From an uncultured Bacteroidota bacterium (GTDB lineage: Bacteria > Bacteroidota > Bacteroidia > 2-12-FULL-35-15), in contig CAILDT010000185.1 in the NCBI GenBank assembly GCA_903833025.1, positions 1 to 24,586 of the forward strand: a stretch of 24,586 nt of DNA. The letters are read 5' to 3'. Both the position numbers and the translations under genes were made by a program. Under the pieces are notes generated by a model that saw only the letters and a program-made list of their open reading frames with translations, did not search any database and had not been told where the DNA came from. Positions within the stretch are counted from its first letter, which is position 1, and the number at the start of each line of letters is the position of its first letter. This document shows positions 5,806 through 15,520 of this stretch, one piece after another.

Positions 5806-8490
5806 ATGAAAAAACTATACACCATCGCAATGCTCGCCATCATTGGCTGTAGCGCAACTGCTACTAATGTAAGCGGTTTTATTTCATCCAACACTAATTG
5901 GACACTCGCCGGCAGTCCGTACATAGTTACCGGCAACGTACTCGTAGATAGTGGCTTTGTACTCACTATAGATGCAGGCGTAGTAGTAAAATTCAACACC
6001 CATAAATCAATACAAATAAGTGGAGTGTTGCGTGCAATTGGCAGCAATGGCAACCCTATTTTATTCACCAGCAACGCTGCATCTCCCGCTCCCGGCGACT
6101 GGGATTTTATAAGCTTTAACACACAGGCAACTGATTATGATTCCACACTCGCCACAGGCAACACAATGCAGTATTGTATTGTGGAATATGGCGGTGGCTC
6201 TGGCAATGGAACAATTCAGATAGTAGATGCGTTCCCTTATTTCGGCGATTGCAAGGTTCGAAACAATGCTGGTAGCGGTATTTATTACAACAGTGTGTTC
6301 CTTACAAGCCATCCCAACGGCACTTTAAAAATAAATAACGGTACCTTTTACAACAATACTTCCGCCGGAAATGGTGCTGGTGTAAATATATATCTTGGAC
6401 AATATACCACAAACACCGCCATTGTTTCCAACAGCACATTTGTCAACAATGTTTCTTATAACGCAGCTTCTGTTAATGGTGGCGGGGCTATTTGCATTGC
6501 CGATGCATTGTCTTCATCCACCGTAATAATTACTAACAATATTATTTACAATAACACGTCAATGAACAATGGCGGGGGGATGAATGTATTTGGGTATTCA
6601 GGCACATCATCACCAGGGTTGGTAGGCAATGTGCTTATTTCTGGTAACATTATCAATGCGAATCATTCAGCTGCCGAAGGAGGCGGAATATATGTACAAG
6701 CACACGGTTTGGTAACTAATAATATCATTTATAATAATACAGCTTTAGCAGGTGGTGGCATCACCGAAATAGGCATTACCACAGCTAATAACTTAATAGT
6801 GAAAAACAATGCAACAACTTATAGTGGCTATCACTGCAATTGGTTTGGCGACCCACTCATTAAAAATCATATAATCGACAATACTTCTACCGATTTTGTA
6901 GTTTCATTTGCAAACGATATAGGCACATATAATTACAACACCATCACCCGCAATGTTACCGCCAATGGTGCAAATAGCACAGTAGCATTTATGGATGGAA
7001 GCAACAACTGTAGTGCACAAGCCAACTGTCATAACAATAATTTGTATGGCAATACCGCCGCTTTCGAGTTTACAAATAACCGCCCTGCTGGTTGCGACAT
7101 CAATGCTAAAAACAGTTGGTGGGGCACCACAACAGTTACTACCATTGATTCTGCTATCAATGATTATTTTGATAACAACACAAAAAGCATCGTATATTAT
7201 TCTCCATTCCAATCTTCACCAGATACCACAGCACCCGTTACACCGCCTGTTCACGTGGTTAAAACAGATTTAGGTGGGGGCAACATACAAGTTACCTGGT
7301 ACACCAATCCCGAAACCGACCTTGCCGGATACAAGGTATATTGGGGCAATCCAACAGGTTATTCGTTTTCAAACAGTGCCGATGCAGGCAATACATTAAG
7401 CTATACATTAACAGGAGCAAGCATTACAGATACCATAGCTGTAACTGCTTACGATACACAAATGGACGGAACAAACGATATGTTTGAAGGGCACTAAAGC
7501 TGGTACACCAATGCTATTGGCAAACCAAGTGCAAGTGTAGCGGCATCATTAACAACAATATGCGCCGGAGATACCGTATTTTATATGGCTAATGCTACTG
7601 ATGTACAAACCTGGTCGTGGTCGTTTCAAAATGGAACACCTAATGTTTCAAGCTCTCAAAGCCCAATTGTAATATACAACACAGCAGGTGTAGATAGTGT
7701 AACTCTCATCGTATCTAACATTGCCGGCAGCGATACGTTGGTAATGTATAATTACATAACAGTTAATGGACCGCCAACAGTAACATTATCAGCACTTCCA
7801 AGTGTTTGTATTGATGCAGCACCATTTACTCTTTCCGGTGGCTCCCCTGCCGGAGGCATATATACTGATATGCTTTCAGCGGTTACAGCTAATACATTTA
7901 ATCCCAATACAGCTGGCGCAGGCACTGATTCTATTTATTATACATACACCGGCACGTGCGGTACAACTACTGCCACACAAGCAATACAGGTAAATGCACT
8001 ACCTGTTGTTACCGTTGATTATGTGAGTGCAGGCATAAGTATTATCTGTGAGTTTGCAAGTGCTGTAACACTTTCAGGAGGTAGTCCCGCAGGTGGCACA
8101 TACAGTGGCACAGGTGTATTTTCAAATACTATTGGTTCTGGTACTCCTGGTACTTTTGCAATCACATACACTTATACTGATGTTAATGGATGTACTAATT
8201 CAGCATTCGATAGTATAACTATTGAAGATTGTCCTGGCGTTCATCAATTAACAATGGATAATGAAATAACTATTTATCCTAACCCTGCTAATGGTGCATT
8301 TACAATAGCATCAACAAACACTAAAATAGAAAACATAAAAGTAGTTAATCTTTTAGGAGAAGAGATACTTGCTGTTACACCCAATAATCAATCAACAATA
8401 ATTAATAATCAATTCACAAAAGGAATTTACTTTGTGCAAGTAACCGATGCGAATAAGAATATTATCAATAAGAAGATAATAATACAATAG
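5806..8490 (+). pseudogene. Single T9SS cargo gene (right-handed beta-helix + FN3 + PKD/Ig + sorting domain) split by one in-frame TAA
   Basis: ORFs 5806..7497 and 7585..8490 share a frame. Reading through TAA 7495-7497 gives ...DMFEGH*SWYTNAIGKPSASVAASLTTICAGDTVFYMANA..., where FN3 domains normally read G.ES. The first part has a signal peptide and GGGAI/GGGIY beta-helix motifs; the second has no signal peptide but carries the sorting domain (IYPNPA, VNLLGE, GIYFVQV, KKIIIQ). Confidence 0.8.
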
Positions 8491-8521
8491 ACCTCTTTCA
8501 TTATTAAATACTTTTTCAAAC

Positions 8522-8593
8522 TTGTCATTCTGAGCGCAGCGAGGAATCTCCTTTTTTTACACGTGAGATTCCTCGCTGCGCTCAGAATGACAA
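8522..8593. repeat. Perfect 29-bp inverted repeat with a 14-bp loop (TGTC/CGTC-type REP-like hairpin)
   Basis: TTGTCATTCTGAGCGCAGCGAGGAATCTC (8522-8550) pairs exactly with GAGATTCCTCGCTGCGCTCAGAATGACAA (8565-8593). Confidence 0.95.
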
Positions 8594-8697
8594 ACTACTA
8601 AATCTAATAAATAGCCTCATCCCTAAATTCTCCGCCCTCATCATTAATATTTGTGTATTAATACAAATTGTAGTACTTTAGCACGTTCAAATTAGGA

Positions 8698-9984
8698 ATG
8701 ATGCGTAAAGCAAATAAATATTTCGTAAAGTTAATGTTCACCCTTCTTATTCAGATGGGTGCAATGCTTTGTGTTTATGGGCAAAACAACGCATTGGTTT
8801 TAAATGGCGCATACATAAATGTGGCTCACGGCACGTGGGCTTCCCCTATATACTTGGTAGTTAACAACGGTACACCAGCAGCAATTAGTCGTGTAAGTGG
8901 TCATATTATTTCGGAGCAGGAAGGCAACTTCGTAAAATGGAATACTAATGATGTTACAGTAGCTACCAATTATGTGTTTCCGTTTGGTTTCAGCAATACT
9001 AATTACCTGCCGGTTACTATTCATAAATCATCAGTGGGTGTGGGCGCAAGCCACGTAAACAATGCTTCTGGAATTAATATCTCTACCTGGAGTACCATCA
9101 ATACCAACGTTACTTGGGCTACTTCCGTTACCAGTATGACTGGTGCAGCAGGTGCCAATGCTACCAATGCGGTAATTGACCGTTGGTGGCAGGTGGATGC
9201 ATTAGCTGCTGTTACAGGAACAATGGATGTATCATATCAAGGCGTTGAAAACACCACCTTATATCCTGCCGGTCCGTTTGCTGGGCAGGAATGGGATATT
9301 CCATCCTCTACCTGGGGCTTGCAATCAGGTGCAGGTGCAGGTGTGGTAGCAGGGGTTGGTACTGCCACGGGTATCACTCTTCTTGAGTTGGGCTTCGGCA
9401 CAAGCACACCCTATATACTTTCAGCAACTGCAGCACCATTGCCTATTGAACTGGTTAGTTTTACTGCCACTTGCGAAGGAGTTAACACACACATTAAATG
9501 GACGGATGCTTCCGAAACTAATGTATCTAACATAGAATTGCAAAAGAGTGCCGATTTAAATAACTGGACAACCATCTACATTGCCGCGCCATCCAACCAA
9601 AGCTCTGCAACACATTATAATTATTCTTATGCAGAAATAAGCAACATTCCAATGTATTACCGATTAAAAACAAACAACAACGATGGTGGCTCTGATTTAA
9701 GTGCTACTATTTATAATCAGCCCTGCAACGGTGCAGCAAACACGCTATCGGCTTATTATTTCGATAACACTATTAATCTAATATCTCATTTCCTTACAGA
9801 TGATAAAGTAACGTATGTTTTATATGATATGCAAGGCAAAATGGTATTGCAAGGTGAGTACTACGCCACCAAAGGCGAACAGCTGTTAACCTTGCCGGTG
9901 GAGCAATTAAGCAATTCTATTTATATATTAAAAGCACAAAGTAATACAACTCAATACAATCAAAAAGTAATATTAGCACGATGA
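8698..9984 (+). CDS. Secreted protein with PLPIEL motif and a T9SS-like C-terminal domain
   Basis: Signal peptide ending YGQ, the Bacteroidota linker PLPIELVSFTA, MYYRLK, and a sorting-like tail (LYDMQGKMV, SIYILK, KVILAR). The stop codon overlaps the next start (ATGA, 9981-9984). Confidence 0.8.
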   Translation: MMRKANKYFVKLMFTLLIQMGAMLCVYGQNNALVLNGAYINVAHGTWASPIYLVVNNGTPAAISRVSGHIISEQEGNFVKWNTNDVTVATNYVFPFGFSNTNYLPVTIHKSSVGVGASHVNNASGINISTWSTINTNVTWATSVTSMTGAAGANATNAVIDRWWQVDALAAVTGTMDVSYQGVENTTLYPAGPFAGQEWDIPSSTWGLQSGAGAGVVAGVGTATGITLLELGFGTSTPYILSATAAPLPIELVSFTATCEGVNTHIKWTDASETNVSNIELQKSADLNNWTTIYIAAPSNQSSATHYNYSYAEISNIPMYYRLKTNNNDGGSDLSATIYNQPCNGAANTLSAYYFDNTINLISHFLTDDKVTYVLYDMQGKMVLQGEYYATKGEQLLTLPVEQLSNSIYILKAQSNTTQYNQKVILAR

Positions 9985-12242
9985 TGAAAAAATACATTCT
10001 TATAGTAGCAATTGCCCTGTTTGTAGCCGACATAAAGGCACAAAACATTGGTATTAACAGTACCGGCGCACTACCCAATAACTCCGCAATGCTGGATATT
10101 GATGTGGCTGCATTAGCAACAAAAAAAGGATTGTTAATACCTCGTATGACTTCGGCGGAGAAAACAGCATTAAACCCATTGCCTGCTGCTGCGCAAGGTT
10201 TGTTAATCTATCAGACTGATGGAGCACAAGGGTTTTATTACAATACTAGTATTACAGTGGTTCCTAACTGGGTTTACATTACATCGGCAGCAGCATCGGG
10301 TTGGGCTTTGATAGGTAATGCTGCAACAGTTTCTACCACTAACTTCTTAGGAACATTGGATTCGGTAGCAATGGTGTTCAGAGTAAACAATCACTATTCG
10401 GGCAGAATAGGTTTGTTGGATCCTGCCGATATGAATACCTCTTTTGGTAATAGTGCATTATCAGCAGTTTCAACTGGCTATAACAATACAGGTATTGGAG
10501 CAAAAGCATTAACAACAATAACTACATCGCACGATAATACAGGGGTTGGGTATTTAGCATTAGGAGCTAATACATCAGGTTTCTCCAATACTGCGATGGG
10601 TTCGGCAGCAGCAGGAGTTAACACTACAGGGTTCAATACCACTGCTATTGGAGCAAATGCTCTTGCCGCAAACATATCTGGAAACAACAATACAGCAATA
10701 GGGGTATCTTCACTATCATCCAACACTACAGGGTTTGATAATATTGCTGAAGGAAGTTTCTCTTTGTTTCATAACTTTTCAGGAACCAATAACGTTGCAA
10801 TTGGTTTTAATGCGGGGTTTAATAATACAACTGGCTCTAACAACTTAGCAAATGGTTATCAAGCATTATATGGGAACGCTGCAGGTTCAACAGGGGCAGG
10901 TAACGTAGCAAACGGCTCAAACGCATTATTCTCAGAAACAACAGGAAGCTACAACGTTGCTACAGGTTATAATTCTATGTACTCAAGTACTACTGCGTTA
11001 AGTAACGTAGCTACTGGAGCCAATTCGCTTTATACAAATACTACAGGAATTCAGAACGTTTCAATCGGAGATTCTACTTTATATTCAAATACTACAGGAT
11101 ATAATAATACAGCTAACGGCTACGCTGCATTAACCAAAAACACAACTGGATGGCTGAACACTGCAACAGGATACAATGCACTATTTAATAACACCACAGG
11201 TGTTTGGAACTCTGCAATTGGCTCTATGGCTCTTTTTACTAATACATTGGGTGGATTAAACACTGCATCGGGTTATCAAGCGTTGTATTCTAACACAACT
11301 GGTAATTACAATACTGCCTACGGTTACCAATCGCTTTATGCTACAACTGGTGCAGGAACAGGAAATACCGCAAGTGGGTATAGGTCCTTATATACAAATA
11401 CAACAGGAACATATAACACTGCAATGGGTTCTTCTGCATTATTGTTAAACACAACAGGGGTGCAGAATTGCGCTTATGGTTATTTAGCATTAAATGCAAA
11501 TACAACTTCCAATTATAACACTGCAATTGGTACTTATACACTTTATAGTAATTCTACAGGAGCCAATAACGTAGCTTTAGGTTATTATGCTGGCTATACG
11601 GCTGTCCCTGCTAATGCTAACGTTTCAGGAAGTTACAATGTGTTTATAGGCTCTAATGCTGGACCAGGAACTGCAACTCAATTAAGTAATGCAATTGCAA
11701 TAGGTAAAAACTCATTGGTAAACATAAGCAACGCAATGGTTTTGGGCGGTACTGGGGCAGATAAAGTATTTGTTGGAATAGGAACTACCTCTCCAACTGC
11801 TGAATTAAATGTGGTTGGAAATGGATTATTTACAGGTACAGTTACTGCAAGTTGTGGTGTTTTGGCTTGTTCGGATGTTAGATATAAAAAGAACATATTG
11901 CAGCTAAACAATTGTTTAGAAAACATTATGAAACTGAAAGGGGTTAGTTATGATTGGAAAAAAGAAGAGTTCCCGGATAAGAATTTCACAGACAAAAAAC
12001 AAATAGGAGTTATTGCGCAAGAATTAGAAAAGGTTTATCCTGAACTCGTATTTACGGACAATAGTGGTTACAAAACAGTTGATTACACTCGTTTAACACC
12101 AATTTTATTAGAGGCAATAAAGGAACAGCAAAAACAAATTAGTGAGCAGAACAAAAGCATAGAACAACTTAGAGGTGAAGTTTCTCAAATAAAAGGATTG
12201 TTAATTAACAATACTAATTCTGCTTCTTTAGAAAAGAAATAG
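9981..12242 (+). CDS. Tail-fibre-like protein with beta-roll repeats and a C-terminal peptidase S74 intramolecular chaperone
   Basis: Signal peptide ending KAQ; NIGIN...SAMLDI...KKGLLIPRM head; about 24 repeats of ~17 aa (xNTAxGxxALxxNTTGx); VGIGTTSP; S74 motifs SDVRYKKNI, IGVIAQELEKVYPELV and VDY..LTPILLEAIKEQQ; terminal coiled coil. Confidence 0.9.
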   Translation: MMKKYILIVAIALFVADIKAQNIGINSTGALPNNSAMLDIDVAALATKKGLLIPRMTSAEKTALNPLPAAAQGLLIYQTDGAQGFYYNTSITVVPNWVYITSAAASGWALIGNAATVSTTNFLGTLDSVAMVFRVNNHYSGRIGLLDPADMNTSFGNSALSAVSTGYNNTGIGAKALTTITTSHDNTGVGYLALGANTSGFSNTAMGSAAAGVNTTGFNTTAIGANALAANISGNNNTAIGVSSLSSNTTGFDNIAEGSFSLFHNFSGTNNVAIGFNAGFNNTTGSNNLANGYQALYGNAAGSTGAGNVANGSNALFSETTGSYNVATGYNSMYSSTTALSNVATGANSLYTNTTGIQNVSIGDSTLYSNTTGYNNTANGYAALTKNTTGWLNTATGYNALFNNTTGVWNSAIGSMALFTNTLGGLNTASGYQALYSNTTGNYNTAYGYQSLYATTGAGTGNTASGYRSLYTNTTGTYNTAMGSSALLLNTTGVQNCAYGYLALNANTTSNYNTAIGTYTLYSNSTGANNVALGYYAGYTAVPANANVSGSYNVFIGSNAGPGTATQLSNAIAIGKNSLVNISNAMVLGGTGADKVFVGIGTTSPTAELNVVGNGLFTGTVTASCGVLACSDVRYKKNILQLNNCLENIMKLKGVSYDWKKEEFPDKNFTDKKQIGVIAQELEKVYPELVFTDNSGYKTVDYTRLTPILLEAIKEQQKQISEQNKSIEQLRGEVSQIKGLLINNTNSASLEKK

Positions 12243-12302
12243 TTGTTCACAACTCGTATTTTAACTTTTTAAACAAACATTTTGTAACGTCAAGTATTTA
12301 TA

Positions 12303-12310
12303 TATATTTG
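12303..12310 (+). promoter_or_regulatory. Bacteroidota -7 element (TATATTTG) with a candidate -33 TTTG at 12281-12284
   Basis: Exact TAnnTTTG 31 nt upstream of the ATG at 12342; TTTG lies 18 nt further upstream. Confidence 0.6.
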
Positions 12311-12341
12311 TTCAAAATAAAACGTTGTAATTTTCTAAACT

Positions 12342-13046
12342 ATGAAGCAACTTCTACTTATCTCATTATTCTGTGGATTCTTTCTTTTTCCTATAAAGAA
12401 TGCTATTTCACAGCAATCACAAACTATAGTTGATGTTTTTTTGGCGCTGCCAGATACTGCATTTACAACTATTAAGGAACTTAACTTTGCAGAGAAAGAT
12501 TCTTTTTCGGTAAAGGAAAGAACAAAAATGATTGCTAATTATGACCAGCAAAAGAAAACCTTTACTCCTGAAGACCCACGCTTTCACATAATTTCGGAAA
12601 ACGAAACCAACCATCTTTTATATTCAACAAATAACGAGGTAAATATGAATGTGAAATTCTGGTCGATTACCGATAATGAATCGCTAATAGCGGTAGATGG
12701 CAGCTATAAAGATGATTGGAATTATCAGACCATAAAATTTTATAAGTATAAGTCAGGCAAGATTACTCCTGTGCAGGCATTGCCAGAAGATTATCCGATT
12801 AGTTTATTCTTTGATTCCACCTATTTGGAAAACAGAAAGGTGGATCCTAATTATACTATTCCACATCCTTTCATAGAATTCTCAAAAACAGGAGATGATT
12901 TAGAAGTGAAAGTTCAACCCGAAATATTTAAAGAAGAAATTGTAGGTGCAGCAGGTCATCCGCTCACTCGGCTAAGAATAGCAAGAATTAAACGCCCGTG
13001 GGTTTTATTAAAACTGCAAGGCGATAAATTCGTTATCGTGAAATAG
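12342..13046 (+). CDS. Hypothetical exported protein (weak resemblance to DUF3256)
   Basis: Hydrophobic signal-like N-terminus, then IVDVFLALPD. Only 7 bp separate its stop from the fadN start. Confidence 0.7.
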   Translation: MKQLLLISLFCGFFLFPIKNAISQQSQTIVDVFLALPDTAFTTIKELNFAEKDSFSVKERTKMIANYDQQKKTFTPEDPRFHIISENETNHLLYSTNNEVNMNVKFWSITDNESLIAVDGSYKDDWNYQTIKFYKYKSGKITPVQALPEDYPISLFFDSTYLENRKVDPNYTIPHPFIEFSKTGDDLEVKVQPEIFKEEIVGAAGHPLTRLRIARIKRPWVLLKLQGDKFVIVK

Positions 13047-13053
13047 AAAATAT

Positions 13054-15435
13054 ATGAGCTACAACAGAAGTATAAAAAAGGTTGCAGTGCTTGGCTCTGG
13101 AGTAATGGGAAGCCGTATTGCCTGCCACTTTGCAAACATTGGAGTAGAGGTAGTATTACTTGATATAGTACCGAAAGATGCAACATCAGATAAAAAGTCA
13201 AGAAACAAAATAGTCGATGATGCACTTGCATTTGCACTAAAATCAAATCCTTCGCCTATCTATCGTAAGTCATTTGCAAAGCGAATTACTACTGGCAACT
13301 TTGATGATAATATGAAAGACATCGCCACCTGCGATTGGATTATTGAGGTGGTGATTGAACGATTAGATATAAAGAAACAAGTATTTGATAAGGTTGAACA
13401 GTACCGTAAACCTGGTACTTTAGTAACTTCTAACACTTCAGGTATTCCAATTCACCTTATGAATGAAGGACGTAGTGAAGATTTTCAAAAGAACTTTTGC
13501 GGTTCTCACTTCTTTAATCCTCCAAGATATTTACGTTTATTGGAAATTATTCCTACCCCAAAAACATCTCCTGAAGTAATCGAATTCTTGATGAATTACG
13601 GCGAGTTGTATCTTGGGAAAACAACTGTGCATTGTAAAGATACTCCTGCTTTTATTGCAAATAGGATAGGTGTATTTGGCATTATGAGTTTATTTCATTT
13701 GGTAGAAAAAATGGGATTAACTATTGATGAAGTGGATAAATTGACTGGTCCTGTTTTAGGTCGCCCTAAGTCAGCAACATTTCGCACCTGTGACGTTGTA
13801 GGGTTGGATACATTGGTACATGTAGCTAATGGTGTTGCACAAAGTTGCCCAAATGATGAAGCCATAGAGCAGTTTAAAATACCTGACTTTATAGCGAAGA
13901 TGGTAGAGAACAAATGGCTGGGTAGTAAAACAGAACAAGGATTTTTTAAGAAAGTAAAAGGGGCAGGAGGGAAGAGCGAAATACATTCTTTAGATTTAAA
14001 AGCATTAGAGTATAAGCCATCCGTAAAAGCGAAATTCGCCACACTTGAATTAACTAAGTCAATAGATAATTTAAAAGACAGGATGAAAGTTTTGCTTGCT
14101 GGTAAAGACAAGGCAGGTGAATTTTATCGCGCATCGTTTTATGGTTTGTTTGCTTATGTGAGTAATCGTATTCCTGAAATTACTGATGAATTATTTAAGA
14201 TAGATGCTGCAATGAATGCAGGTTTTGCATGGGAACTCGGACCGTTCGAAGCTTGGGATTCGTTAGGAGTTTCTGAAACAGTGAAAGCTATGGAAGTGGC
14301 AGGCAACAAACCTGCACAATGGATTTATGATATGCTTACCTCTGGTGCAACTACTTTTTATAAAGTTGAAAACGGGAATAAAAAGTATTATGATATTCCT
14401 TCCAAAGCATACAAAACAATACCCGGAACGGAGTCATTTATTTTACTAGATAATATTAGAGGAAACAAAACAGTTTGGAAAAACACAGGCGCAACCCTTA
14501 CTGACATTGGAGATGGAATAGTGAACATAGAGTGGAATACGAAGATGAATTCCATAGGTGCAGAAGTTATTGAAGGAATTACCAAAGCAATTGAGATAGC
14601 TGAAAAAGATTTTAGAGGATTAGTTATTTCTAATGAAGGAGCCAATTTTAGTGCGGGTGCAAATGTGGGAATGATATTTATGATGGCGGTGGAACAAGAA
14701 TACGATGAATTGAATTTCGCCATAAAAACATTTCAAAACACAATGATGCGGGTTCGTTATTCTTCTATACCGGTTGTGGTAGCACCTCACAATATGGCGT
14801 TGGGTGGTGCTTGCGAGATGAGTTTACATTCAGATAAAGTTGTTGCTCACGCAGAAACATATATGGGATTAGTTGAATTTGGTGTTGGTTTAATTCCTGG
14901 AGGAGGTGGCACTAAAGAGTTTGCAGTGCGACTATCAGATGAATTGCAAGAAGGAGATATAGAACTAAACAATTTCAGAGAACGCTTTTTAACTATTGGA
15001 CAAGCTAAAGTATCAACGTCTGCTTACGAAGCATTTGATTTAGGTTATCTAAGAAAAGGGAAAGATATAGTAGTGCCATCTCGCAATCGTTTGTTGACAG
15101 AGGCAAAAGCAGAGTGTATTGAACTTGCAAACGAAGGTTATACTAAACCACTTTATAGAAAAGACATTAGAGTGCTTGGTAAACAAGCATTAGGATTGGC
15201 TTATCTGGGTGCTAACTCTATGTTAAGCGGAAATTATATAAGCGAACACGATGCAAAGATTTCACAAAAACTTGCTTGGGTATTATGTGGAGGTGATCTA
15301 TCTGCGCCTACGTTAGTAAGTGAGCAATATCTTTTAGATTTGGAAAGAGAAGCATTCTTGAGTTTATGCGGAGAACGTAAAACACTTGAACGTTTGCAGT
15401 CAATTATTTCGGGAGGTAAAATATTAAGAAATTAA
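13054..15435 (+). CDS. fadN: 3-hydroxyacyl-CoA dehydrogenase / enoyl-CoA hydratase (FadN-type)
   Basis: NAD-binding VAVLGSGVMGSRIA, EVVIERLDIK, SNTSGIPI, GSHFFNPPRYL, PAFIANRIG, then a crotonase domain (NFSAGAN, LGGACE, GLVEFGVGLIPGGGG). Confidence 0.93.
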   Translation: MSYNRSIKKVAVLGSGVMGSRIACHFANIGVEVVLLDIVPKDATSDKKSRNKIVDDALAFALKSNPSPIYRKSFAKRITTGNFDDNMKDIATCDWIIEVVIERLDIKKQVFDKVEQYRKPGTLVTSNTSGIPIHLMNEGRSEDFQKNFCGSHFFNPPRYLRLLEIIPTPKTSPEVIEFLMNYGELYLGKTTVHCKDTPAFIANRIGVFGIMSLFHLVEKMGLTIDEVDKLTGPVLGRPKSATFRTCDVVGLDTLVHVANGVAQSCPNDEAIEQFKIPDFIAKMVENKWLGSKTEQGFFKKVKGAGGKSEIHSLDLKALEYKPSVKAKFATLELTKSIDNLKDRMKVLLAGKDKAGEFYRASFYGLFAYVSNRIPEITDELFKIDAAMNAGFAWELGPFEAWDSLGVSETVKAMEVAGNKPAQWIYDMLTSGATTFYKVENGNKKYYDIPSKAYKTIPGTESFILLDNIRGNKTVWKNTGATLTDIGDGIVNIEWNTKMNSIGAEVIEGITKAIEIAEKDFRGLVISNEGANFSAGANVGMIFMMAVEQEYDELNFAIKTFQNTMMRVRYSSIPVVVAPHNMALGGACEMSLHSDKVVAHAETYMGLVEFGVGLIPGGGGTKEFAVRLSDELQEGDIELNNFRERFLTIGQAKVSTSAYEAFDLGYLRKGKDIVVPSRNRLLTEAKAECIELANEGYTKPLYRKDIRVLGKQALGLAYLGANSMLSGNYISEHDAKISQKLAWVLCGGDLSAPTLVSEQYLLDLEREAFLSLCGERKTLERLQSIISGGKILRN

Positions 15436-15440
15436 GATTC

Positions 15441-15502
15441 ACCACTAAGGCACTAAGAACACATAGAAAGATTAATCTTAGTGAACTTAGTGACTTAGTG
15501 GT
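15441..15502. repeat. Imperfect 26-bp inverted repeat built from CACTAAG heptamers
   Basis: ACCACTAAGGCACTAAGAACACATAG, a 10-bp loop, then CTTAGTGAACTTAGTGACTTAGTGGT (21 of 26 positions pair). Confidence 0.85.
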
Positions 15503-15520
15503 AAAAATAAAACTAAACAA

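Noticed and set aside
4429-7497. Stop-codon reassignment (two in-frame TAAs where Glu is plausible)
   Set aside because: TAA is the normal terminator of many intact genes here (882, 3827, 15435, 16696), so two cases are better explained as mutations or errors.
4538-8593. Integron cassette array with attC sites
   Set aside because: The palindromes lack the RYYYAAC...GTTRRRY core sites, and no tyrosine integrase is present.
2039-12242. Diversity-generating retroelement as the cause of the A/C-rich and Asn-rich tracts
   Set aside because: No reverse transcriptase is present, and I found no template/variable repeat pair differing only at adenines. Differences among the internal repeats involve all four bases.
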